Below are positions 13,834 through 25,409 of a stretch of 64,000 nt of DNA, in pieces. A program made the position numbers and the translations under genes. Within the stretch, counting starts at the first letter, position 1. Every line of letters begins with the position of its first letter. The notes under the pieces are model-generated. The model made no database searches. It was not told the DNA's origin and saw only the letters and a list, made by a program, of their open reading frames with translations. This DNA comes from Octopus bimaculoides (Eukaryota): positions 130,266,321 to 130,330,320 of the forward strand of contig NC_068982.1 in NCBI RefSeq assembly GCF_001194135.2, given 5' to 3'.

Positions 13834-14486
13834 CATAAACATATACAAACACACATGTGCATGTACACACGCACACACACACACACACACATGCATGTGT
13901 ACATATGCATATATGTATGAGTGTGTGTATATGTAGATACATGTATGTATATCATTTATTTCATCTTACTGATTTCAGCCAAATACTCTGGCCATGCTGG
14001 GGCACCAATATGCTCTCTCTCTCTCTATATATATATATACATATATATATAAAGCAAATAAGTAACAAGGATGTCGAGGTATTAGGTAATATCTCAACAT
14101 CCTTGTTACTTATTTGCTTTTTATTCACCTTACTTTGAGCTGTGTGGATAATACCGAACTGACTTGGTGCTCCAACTTAAGTACCTAATTCAACTGAATC
14201 TTAATTATTTCTACACACACATGCACGCACGCACACACACACACACACACACACTCACACACACATATATATGCACACATGAGTGTGTGTCTATGAATAT
14301 ATACATAATTTGCCTTTATACAACAGACAGCGTAGACTTCATAGACATAATTACTCCAACAATAAAACGATGACATTAACATGCACAAAGAAATCAAAAA
14401 GTTAGAAGCCAGCAATGCTTTCTCCCATGCTTGAATAAGCACACTCTCAATTAAAAATTACATATAACTAATGGATCTTGACGTAC

Positions 14487-14510
14487 ACTAGTCAGGACAG
14501 TTGTTGTTTC
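14487..14510 (-). CDS. Mp: Candidate 24-nt hinge microexon (15): ETTTVLTS
   Basis: Strong acceptor gatttcttttcccacag, donor gtacgt, phase 0/0. Thr/Ser-rich peptide fits between PKPS and TPKPP. Confidence 0.5.
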
Positions 14511-15557
14511 CTGTGGGAAAAGAAATCAAGTTTGAATCTTAACATGCAGTTGATCTGTTTTATATCTATTAATAAATGTGGAAGTAGAAATATCTTGGTC
14601 AGTAAATGTTGCTAGCTTTTGTTTTGATATCCTTAGGGTATGAAGACCTCAACATCTTCATTGACACTCATTCACTGGTTTAATTAAGTTGTTTTTATGA
14701 ACATCTTTTGTAAATGTTCATGTCATTTGTGTATATTCATCAATGATTTTCATGGAATTATTGTTTTCTGTAAGTCTTAAAAGTTATTTGGAAACTTACA
14801 GAAAAAAAAAAAAAAAAAGGTGTCAACAATGAAGATTATGCTTTCTTTTATATGGGGAAATTTCTGTTAAATGTTTTTAATGGAAAGCATCAATTTTAGA
14901 CTTTATTTCTGAAGCTTGGAGATTATGAAATATTATATGTTACAATAAATAAATGGCTTTCAAGATATTAAGAAAATATTAGTTATTCTTTTTAAATGAA
15001 ATTACAACTAAGCAATAGATTTTTGAAGTTTAGTATTAAAAAGTAAGCTTTTTCTAAGTTTCAAAGTTTTTTAAACAGTTGTAGTATACATGAAATGGGT
15101 TTAACAGGCTCAAGGTACTACGTTTTAAAACAGTACAAATGACAAAACTGAAAAGAATTTTTAAAAAGTAATAAAATATATTTTGAACTCAACCAAATAA
15201 AATATAACTATCGACCACTTCCAGTATCTCATACCCTCTATAATTTTCTTCACATTAAAAATAAAAAATCATACACGAATTAGAATTCTTGGGAATATCA
15301 TCAAAATTAATAAGTACAAGTTGCATCATTGCATTAGAATAAATTTTTTCATCTTTCTTAGTCATACTCATGAAATTAAGTCACTAGTTTCTTGTATCAC
15401 AATCATCATATTCAATATAACGGTAATATTAAATCCTTTAACCCACATAAGTTCTGGAATACCACTAATAGATTTACTTTCATGCAAAAGATAAATCGTG
15501 TGTTTAACACATACTAGTCAATGAGGTTTAGTGTACGTTTTAGATGATCCTACCCCA

Positions 15558-15603
<46 letters not shown>

Positions 15604-16590
15604 TATATCAATTGATAGCACATGATGCTGTACTTACAAATATCTGCTAACAAATTAACAAATTAACCCTATTGACAAAATAGAGATCAATATCTTAGGA
15701 ATTCAAAACCTTTATTAGATTAGCTGAAGCTACTTTACATCTTGTTACTTAAAGTTTCATGCTTGGGAGCAATCTTTTTATGAAGGTGGCTGGTGGCGAG
15801 GACTCTGGTATAGTTGGATGGCATAAATATATATATATGCACACCAATACATTTGGATACAGAAACCTGAGAAAAAGTACCAAATAAAAGAAGAGTTTCT
15901 TACTTCTTGCTTTCTGCAGTTATGCATTCATGAATTAATATATATTATCTACTGAATTTATTGATTATTATTTCTTTGTGTGTAGACCAAATTGTGTTTA
16001 TATGCATATATTTTTGTGTGTGTGTGTTTCATACCCACAGCAGAAAGGTGTGCAAGGTGTGTCTACAGTGGAAACGACTTTTACACACAAGAGCATCGCA
16101 CACAGCCTGTAATATGAATTACTGTCACAATCAACTGTTTACCCACTCTCCGTTGATTCTGTTACTTGGCAACTATGGAGGTAATGTAGAGTAGAGAAAT
16201 TTAGTGGAATATTGACTAGATTTAAGCTCAATTCATAGGTGGATAGTCAAACCGTTCCAATAGCTATTTTTCTTATGCATTTTACAATAATGTGTAATAG
16301 TGGCCTTACTTAAAATATGAAACATATACATATATCTGTATTTTAAAATAGATATATGGATTTGATATATTTCTTACACAGGGCAACAAGTTTCTGTTGC
16401 ACTTTATCTAGACTCACCAAAGAGCATATAATAGAGTGATATTGGCTGTTAAATGTAAAAAGGTCATATTATGATTGGAAGATCCCACAATAAGAAGGGT
16501 GTCAATTTATAAAAATATTTCATGCTGTGTTCATATCATCATGATCCTTAAGAAGAGGTAAATCAAATGTCTGTCTGTCTGCATGCATGC

Positions 16591-16650
<60 letters not shown>

Positions 16651-16677
16651 GTCTGTCTGTCTGTCTACCTATCTATA

Positions 16678-17552
16678 TTAGGGGTTCTGAATTGTCATAT
16701 TTTTAAGCAAATAGCCTGACATCATACCGTGAATACCTTATTAACCAATAAAAGGTATCCCTGCCATCAACTAACTGGCAGAGATTTAATGACCAAATGT
16801 TAATGAATATTTGTACTGTTTGTATGTATACCCTATCTTATAGCCCATGGAAGCCAAAGACTTTAGCAAGCTGATATTTAGCATTGTATGTTTTACAAAT
16901 TTAGTAATGACAACAATGCAATATGTGCAAGAAAAGTGTTTGGAAATGCTGAAGGTTGTTTAACAAATTTTAAAATGTTGATTTCAATCTTTTGGATGGC
17001 TATCAATCAGATTGACCTACTCTTCTCAATAATGATGCAGTGAAAACAGCAATTGAAAAGGATCTGTGGTAAAGAATTGGGGACTTATCCTAGAGACTTA
17101 ATAAACCATGGTCTGCAGTGCACAATCATCTCAAGCAGATATAGGGAGAAGTGGGTACCCCATGAGCTTTACCCCAAGAATAAAGGACACAGTCAATGAT
17201 GATAACCCCAAAAAGAGGTATTCATTAGGTTTAGAAGCTCTAACTCAACATCCCTACTCACCAAATCTAGTATCATCAGATTTTTCCTTATTCAGGTCAA
17301 TTGAACATTTTACTAGTGGAAAAACATCCAGAAGCTGGAATGATGTTTAAACAGCACTCCAGACATTTTTCTCTTGTAAAGAAACTGATTTTTTTTGGCG
17401 GGGTGAAGAATCAGATAACTGGTTTCAAGGTAAGAAAATGTCATTTATAATGATGGAAATTATATTTTCAATAAATAAATATACTTATGATATGTTTAAT
17501 ACTGATTTGAACTCATTACATGAAATGCAACATTCCAATTTGGGACCCCTAA
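16678..17552 (+). mobile_element. Degenerate, internally deleted mariner transposon
   Basis: Imperfect TIRs ttaggggttctgaattg / caatttgggacccctaa with upstream TA. Remnant HPYSPNLVSSDFSLFRS (YSPDLAPSD motif). Confidence 0.8.
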
Positions 17553-17590
17553 GACACACACACACACAAACACACACATATATGTATATA

Positions 17591-18535
17591 TAAGGTGATA
17601 TCCAAAAGTCCCAGACTAGTTCTATAGAGTGCCAATAGATGGCAGCACATGGTTGCATGCACAGTGAGAGCTGCAGTGACCTTCATGAGATAGTGTGCCA
17701 AGCGACGTTGCTGTGTTTACTTTGCAACTTGTGAAATTTGTGCTTTCGTGATCACACGTATGCTGTAATCTGTGATTTTGTCATGGACAGGAACAAAGAA
17801 CCAACGTGGAATTTTGCGTTAAACTTGGGAAGTCTGTAACAAAGACATCTAGCATGCTTCAGCAAGCTTACAACGATGGCGCAAAGGGTTGTATGCAATG
17901 TTTTGAGTGGTGCAGGCACTTCAAAAGTGAAGAACATCCCTGGAAGATGATGAGCATCCCTAGAAGATGAAGAACATCCCTGGAAGATGATGTGCCACCT
18001 CAGAAATATGGTATTGTACATCAGTACCATACTATCAATTGAGAGTTCTACTGTGATGTTTTTAAAGCATCTTAGAGAGGACATTTGGTGAAAGTGACCA
18101 GATCTGTGGGGTGTGAAGAAATGAATTCTTCATGACTACATTACACCTTGTGACCAAGCCCTCCTTACTTGTGATTTTCTTGCCAAACATGGTGTCACTT
18201 CCACACCCACCCTATTCGCCGAATTTACCACCTGCGGACTTCCATCTCTTCTCCAAGATGAAAATGAAGCTCAAATATCACTGTTTTAACACCATTCATG
18301 AGATCCAGACTGATTCACAGAAGGTCCTTGACTCGCTAATAGAAACCGATTTCCAGGTGGGATTCCAAAAGTGGAATCTACTCATAATAAAAAGGACTAC
18401 TGGTGGAATGTGTCAGTGAAAACCTCAATAAAATGTAAACATAATAGACCTGACATAATTTTACTGTGCAAAGTGACTATTTTGAAGGAGATGATGTTAA
18501 AACTTAGGTTATATTTTATTAAACAAAATTAGTTA
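17591..18535 (+). mobile_element. Non-autonomous mariner (second family), right end cut off by the R4-like insertion
   Basis: Left TIR taaggtgatatccaaaagtcccagactagtt after TA. HTH remnant (FCVKLGKS...) and HPPYSPNLPPADFHLF. Confidence 0.85.
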
Positions 18536-19232
18536 ACATGATGTAGCTAGGGCACTGTATAATGAGATCCATTGGAAGGATAACCCAAGGACAAAGAAAT
18601 AAGAACCTTTAGTATGGTAGAAGCCATAGCCATTCATAATAAAGTGGAGTACAGGTGAAATATCCCAGTGAAAACCTCAATAAAATGTAAACATGATAGA
18701 TCTGACATAGTGATTTCGGACAGAGAAGACAAACTGTACAGTTGTGGAAATCAGCTACCCAGTGGATGTTAACATAAAGCTAAAGCTCAGTGAAAAAGAA
18801 AATACTTATGCTGAACTATTGAGGAACCTACAGCTACTCTATCCAGATTACAAGTTCAGGTTTATACCTGTAATTGTTAGGGCACTGGGATATTTAACAC
18901 ACTGCCTAAATACCAATCTTGAGAAATTAGACTTCTCAAAACCAGAAAGGAGAAAGCTGATTCGAAGACTACAGATCCAATCCATCACTGGAATTGTAAA
19001 AATCTGTAAAACTTTCCAGAAGTTTATCATTTAAGTATATATGAGCATGTCTAGACATGCAACTATATGCATGAGAATACATACATAAAACAAAGCGTAC
19101 AAATATGCACATATACACACACACAAAAATACCTTGTTGATGTTGTTGAAATTTGAATGAAGGAGCCTTGGGTCCAGATTAGAAACTGGCTCTTTCTCTA
19201 TTGGCAAACAATCTTTAAATAAAACTGAATAA
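18536..19232 (+). mobile_element. R4/Dong-like (restriction-like endonuclease) non-LTR retrotransposon, 3' end
   Basis: PVKTSIKCKH-D-R-x-D-I-V-I ... VEISYPVDVN ... FIPVIVRALG (degenerate RPD...E RLE motif). 3'UTR ends aaataaaactgaataa at a gap. Confidence 0.82.
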
Positions 19233-22200
19233 NNNNNNNNNNNNNNNNNNNNNNNNNNNNNNNNNNNNNNNNNNNNNNNNNNNNNNNNNNNNNNNNNNNN
19301 NNNNNNNNNNNNNNNNNNNNNNNNNNNNNNNNNNNNNNNNNNNNNNNNNNNNNNNNNNNTATATATATATATATATATATATGTTTATACACATTATACC
19401 ATATATGTACCTATAGTTATATCTATATCTATATCCATATCTATCTACATGTACACACACACATACACAATGTCAAGAGAGAGAAAGGGAAAGAAAGAGA
19501 GAAAGAAAGAAAAGAAAATTTTAAGTGGAAGAAATATCAACAAGAGTAGTCCACTAAATTATTAGCACATATTTTTTATATAACTTCTGAATGAAGAAAA
19601 AGAAAAATTTCTGCTGACAAATATTGTTTGTTCTACAACAACTATACAACGCTCACTCAAACACTCCTCTTTGGGTAGACTAAACTAAAAAGACAAAAAT
19701 ACCATTATCTCAAGCATAGTTGATTTCCTTCAATTCTTTAGATCCTCAAACCTATCATATAGTTATGACAAGAATTCCATATATTTTTTATAGACAAGTT
19801 GATTTTCTTTTATATAAATATATTTTCAGTATTAAAATATTTCCTTTACTTTTAGTGATACTAGTGAGGAATTTGCACTAGGTAAGGTTTTAAATTGCAT
19901 TAGGGCTGTCTTGAAGCATAGGCACATTGATTCTGTAATGCACTGGAGGCCTGTAATGCTGTTAAAATGACTCTGACTACATCAAGTTCGTATTTAGGAG
20001 TTTTGAAGTGTATGGAGTTACCCCTTTGCTACCCCTACTTCTGAATCTATTCAGGCCTGGGGAAGTTATACCTATCTAAGGTCCCACTTATTGGGTAATT
20101 AGCAGAAGATGGTTTTGTGATTAGGATATACAGGAGTAGGAAAAATGCCAGTTCCTTGAAGTGTATCAAATTGATGTACCAGTGTATGAACTTGCCTTGA
20201 TATCACATGAACCAATTCCACTGTCTAACGATTAAATATACTCTGTGGCTCAAAAGTATTCATGAGAATAGGAGATGAGCAGAGTAAACTTTAAATAAAC
20301 TGGAAGAGAGCAACTAGAAATCATTGCTATATCTTTCTCATGAAAAATCATGAAGTTTCGAACTTAAATATGGAGGCCCATGGTCACTGATGCAAGTATG
20401 TGAAGAGAAGGAGAGCATTGAATAGCTGGCAAATCCCACTATTGGATAGAGTTAAGTGAGCCATACAACAGACATCTTTAAAGTTAACCACTCATGGATA
20501 ATCTGTTTAGGGAAAATAAAGGCATTGATTATTACATTTTGAGAGATAAATAGATAACAGCTTGCTTGATATCTTAAATTTTCCCTCTCACATACATACT
20601 TTTACAACATAGCAAACAAATAAAAAAAGCAAACTGAAGCAAACTATAACTAGAATGATGACAATGAAGACTACTGAAAATATTGTTCTTCGGCTATCTA
20701 CGACATTTGTTGGAGGTCAGGTATTGAATAAGCAGACAATATTTGAGACAGAAAGAGAATCTAAGAGAAAGAAAGAAAGAAAGAAAGAGAAAAAGAGAAA
20801 GAAATATATGATTCTATGAAATAAAATTAGCACACAGATACATTGATCTAATATAAAATAAATAGACATAAATTAACATTCTGTCAGTTGAAACATGCTC
20901 TCATGATGGTTGTTAGGTATTAAGCTTAACCTGGTTTATCAATGATACAATTAGAAGATTGCCAGAAAATATCAATTTTAAATATTAAAGAAAAATATAT
21001 TAGCTATGTATTACTGGTACATCAACCCACTATGTCAGCAATCTGCAAGAGCAGCACTTTGCAGAAATTTCTATATAAGTTAATATATAAATAGATGAAT
21101 AAATTGAATAAAAAGAAATTCAGGTCCTGAAAATAAAATTAAAAAGCATATAACCTATTTGGTATTATTTAAATTTAAGATGAATTCTCTATATAAAATT
21201 TATGGTTATCATTGATAAAGTAATTGTAGCAATTTTGTCACTCTGATAAAGTTTTAGGAAGGGGTAAGAATATCACAACCTTTCAGTTCTCCCACATCCT
21301 GGTATCACTCATTGATTGGTATCAATGCCAAGCAACTGACTCTATTTACAAGTTGACTCATTTACAATTTTTAATTATGCAATTATTTTCTGATCAGTCA
21401 CAACATTCTATGCTGGCAAAAAAAAAAAGGGAGGATAAACATATGTATTTATGCATTTGGGCATTCATATATTCAATTTATATTAGGGTTGCTTATTTCT
21501 GATATCCCCTTTATTTTACTTGATTCTATTTTCTTCTTTGTCCACTGATGTGCTGGGAGATATGCCATTTTTTCCTTCTGGAATTCAAAATTTTGGCCAT
21601 CAAGAGTATTTATTGATTGGAGTATTTGAGTCCAAACTGCAATCAATGAATTACATGTCAATTGCACAGCACCTCAGCTGTACTTTCTGAAGGTATATAT
21701 TCACAATTAGTTATGTGGTGACTATCAAAACTTAAATATCATCATCATAACAATGTTGATGCTTCAGACAGGAAAGTTTTGATATGCAAAAATACTTGTT
21801 CATAAATGTGTTCTTTAAAATCTAATTACTGTTTCTGAAAAGGAAGGGTACTTCCTTTAGATCACGAATGTTCTTTTAATCAGAGAAATGTGGAGGTGTT
21901 TTGAGATAAGAAATACTGGTTTGATTGGAGCAGTTTCAAAGTTTATTTTTATCTTTGTAAATGAGTTTAACATTCTAAAAATTTGTCTATTACAAATAAT
22001 GAAAACCAAAACTTCATTCGCCAAGACACGAGAGTCTTTATGAGCTGGAGAATATAGATCTCAAATAGCTTAAATAAACAACTTAATGATAGTAAGAAAT
22101 TCCACCTCAGTTGTGAATTTTAATTGGTATTTTACACATTTCATTTTCAGAAAGGTACAAAACAAACCCTTTTTACAAAGGGAACAATAATCTATAAAAT

Positions 22201-23779
22201 ACTCTAAGAGTTAAATTAATGAGTGATTTTAGCCTTACTCTTTACTATACATTGACAATGTAATTATTTCTTAGAATGTAGTATACAAAGCTTTATTAGT
22301 CAAAGAACAAGCTCCCACCTCCCTGATACCTTGAGACTCTATCTGTATAATAATTTTACTGTGTTAAATTTGTTTCCCATACTCAGTACCTTGCTTTAAA
22401 TCTATTAAGTTCCTAAAATGAATATTTGTAGGCAATAATTGACAATTTTCTGGTACATCTTTTAATTGCTCTATTTCCAGGTCAAGCTGTCTGAAACTAA
22501 TAAACTATGTTATCAGAATAATGTTTTCCAGTACAGGATTGAAATGGTTTTACAATATTACAATCCACTGATTTGATCTGTACGAATATACATAGTTCTT
22601 TGACAATTTAAATTTAACATCAAAGTATTAAAATGTTAAAAAGCATTAAAAGTTTTCAGTGAAAGATTCTTGTATTCTGATAAACATGTTTGTTAATTTC
22701 TGACCTTGGTAAATATCACATTCAACTTGCTGGTTCATAATGAACTAGCAAGCAAGGAAGAGTTTTCAAAACAGTTACCATTCTTGTTTTTCTGCCAGAT
22801 TTAATCTCCTAGAACATTATGAAATTGGTTATCAGCATTTAAGTGCATTGAGCAAGAAAATAAATCTTTCTATACATTTTCTAAAAAAAAAACTGATCAC
22901 AAAGCTAAACCCTTGGTTAATTGCACATACTGAAAGCCAGAAAAAAAGCCATCTTAGTTTTGCAAATTGGTAAATGTGAACATGAAACTGTGTCATTGTA
23001 AAGAATAATTGGTTAACTTTCAAATTGATTATCAAGGCTATATTATAAAATCTACACAATAAATATTTATAGTTAGTTATAATTTTAAGAAGTTGTTTTG
23101 ATGAAATATGACAAAGGATAAGTGATATTAATTGTTTACGTAATAAAAAAAAAATGTATCTAAACTGTATGCTTGCAATTATAGATAAATGCAGCAGAAG
23201 ATAAATAATATGAGTTTTGTAATTTATTCTCTGTTTCCTACCAGATCTGTAATAACAGCACATGTTAGTGAACAAAATATGTACAATAAGAATAAAGTGT
23301 ACATTTAACAATTCTTTTATAAGAAGTTTGCAACCATGCATTAGAATAATTCAGCTAGCTGACAATGACACATCTGTAGAATTAATCATGAGGGAAGCAA
23401 ATAGCAACTAAAAAACAATTTTAACATACATGAAATACAAGATGCTATTCCTCAAAATTAAATTGTTTCATAACCTTTAATGTTGGAACAATCTGAACCA
23501 ACAATGTTAAATAGTAAGACACTAGCTTTTGGTACAGATAGAAAAATTAATGTGATAATATTGGTGTCAGCATGTATTGGTCTATTTTCTTCTAAATAAC
23601 TGTCTTCTTTTTGGAGAAGATGCATTATATATTTTTACATTTTTATATTTCATAGTTTTTTGTCCTTTCAACAGATGTAGCATTTTTTGTCACAAAGTGA
23701 CGCCCTACCACTGTTTTCATAATCTATCTTTATAATGTCTCTCATTTGTCACCTTTGTGGCAAATGTGGCAAATACAGA

Positions 23780-23790
23780 ACTTGTTGTTG

Positions 23791-23843
<53 letters not shown>

Positions 23844-23942
23844 TAGTTTTATTTTTATAACGTGCTTTCACTTCACTACCGAGCGCAGCTCTGTGCGCCT
23901 TGGGTATGTGCTGTGGTTTGCTGTGGTGCTCTTATGTTTACT

Positions 23943-23991
<49 letters not shown>

Positions 23992-24008
23992 CATTATCAT
24001 CATCATCA

Positions 24009-24085
<77 letters not shown>

Positions 24086-24150
24086 GTTGTTCAGTAGTTG
24101 TATTTTTATAACGTGCTTTCACTTCACTACCGAATCATTATTATTATTAT
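23780..24150. repeat. Compound (TTG)/(ATT)/(ATC)n trinucleotide array
   Basis: Read directly. Further (ATT)n arrays at 1422-1500 and 24456-24562. Confidence 0.95.
23841..24133 (-). mobile_element. Two very short 3'-end fragments (23841-23944, 24092-24133) of a probable Dong-like LINE inside a (TAA)n array
   Basis: A 42-nt unit occurs twice with one mismatch. The minus strand ends aaataaaactactg-aataataat, similar to the R4-like 3' ends above. Both are flanked by (TAA)n. Confidence 0.6.
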
Positions 24151-24455
24151 ATAAGTGGGGTAACTAATATACTAATAGATTTCTCAGTGGCATCAATTGC
24201 TACATATATTATACTGTTCCATCTGGGGAATGAAATCAGCAGAATTACAATAGTAAGAGAATACAACAAAGTAAAAGGCAGACTCTTACAAATCTAAAAC
24301 TGCATCATGGTTTCAATAGTCAGCTGAAGTAATGTAGCATGTAAATATGCTGTATGGTTATTAGAATTATGATTACTACACAATATTTTCTATTGATTTG
24401 TGTACTTTATATGTCATACTGATTTGTAATCAATTTTGGGCATTGGCTAAGCTTC

Positions 24456-24492
<37 letters not shown>

Positions 24493-24511
24493 ACAAGTAT
24501 TGCTGTTGTTG

Positions 24512-24566
<55 letters not shown>

Positions 24567-24770
24567 AACAAAACTTTCTAGTTCTACTAGCTATAGATGC
24601 ATTGAAAAGCATTGAATGAATTCATAACATGCCCATGATATGTGTGCAATCAGAAATTTTGGCATCAGTTTTGTAACAAAGTTGATGTGATATTGTGCTT
24701 CAATTTGAGATTATGTGAACTATCTAATACAGAAAGTATCCAACCTTCAAAGAAATTTTGATATACTTAC

Positions 24771-24809
24771 AGATGGTTTTGGAACTGGCAGTGGGATGCG
24801 ATCCAGATA
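24771..24809 (-). CDS. Mp: Multiplexin exon 14b (end of trimerisation domain, start of hinge): YLDRIPLPVPKPS
   Basis: 39 nt, phase 0/0. Acceptor ctaattatttttttcag, donor gtaagt. IQ|YLDRIPLP aligns with the vertebrate COL18A1 VQLEARTPLP segment (recalled). Confidence 0.8.
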
Positions 24810-25409
24810 CTGAAAAAAATAATTAGAAACCCCATAAAAATCATTACATTGATAAAATTTGTGAAAAATATTTGCAATTGTCTGTTAAAGGTGAAATAGT
24901 TACTATGTAATTTTCAAGAAAAATAATAATGATATATCAATGTGTGTGTTTTTAGTCAAATTTGGAATTAGATATGGCAATTGAACTGAAAGATGGTTGA
25001 CCAAGTTGATAGGACACTAGTCAAGGAGTCAGCACTTCATATTCTATGCAATTAACGAGCATTTGATTGGCTTACTGTACCAAATTCAAATTTATGTAGG
25101 ATATCTTATTCTGAAGATTTAAGTTTCATCAGCTTAACTGTATGAGTCACGTGAATCCTTGAACTTGTTTTTATGGTGTTGAAAATGCGTTACACCAAGC
25201 CAATTCAACAAGATTCATATAACACATAATAAGTACTATGATGACTATGATGTATCTCTAAAAACAAAAAATAAGCCATTCATCTATCATGTTAATAAGT
25301 TTAGTGAAGTGGTACAGTTCACTGAAAGTATTCCATAATTGATGAGAAGTTCTTTAAAATTCAAACTCGAGTTTCTTTGGGAAGAGAAATGAGAAGCCTC
25401 TCCAGTGTT

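Noticed and set aside
20585-20715. Minus-strand transmembrane-like peptide (SRRTIFSVVFIVIILVIVCFSLLFLFVCYVVK) suggesting a membrane-anchored isoform
   Set aside because: An in-frame TGA lies just upstream, available acceptors are phase 1 while hinge exons end in phase 0, and T-rich DNA encodes hydrophobic runs by chance.
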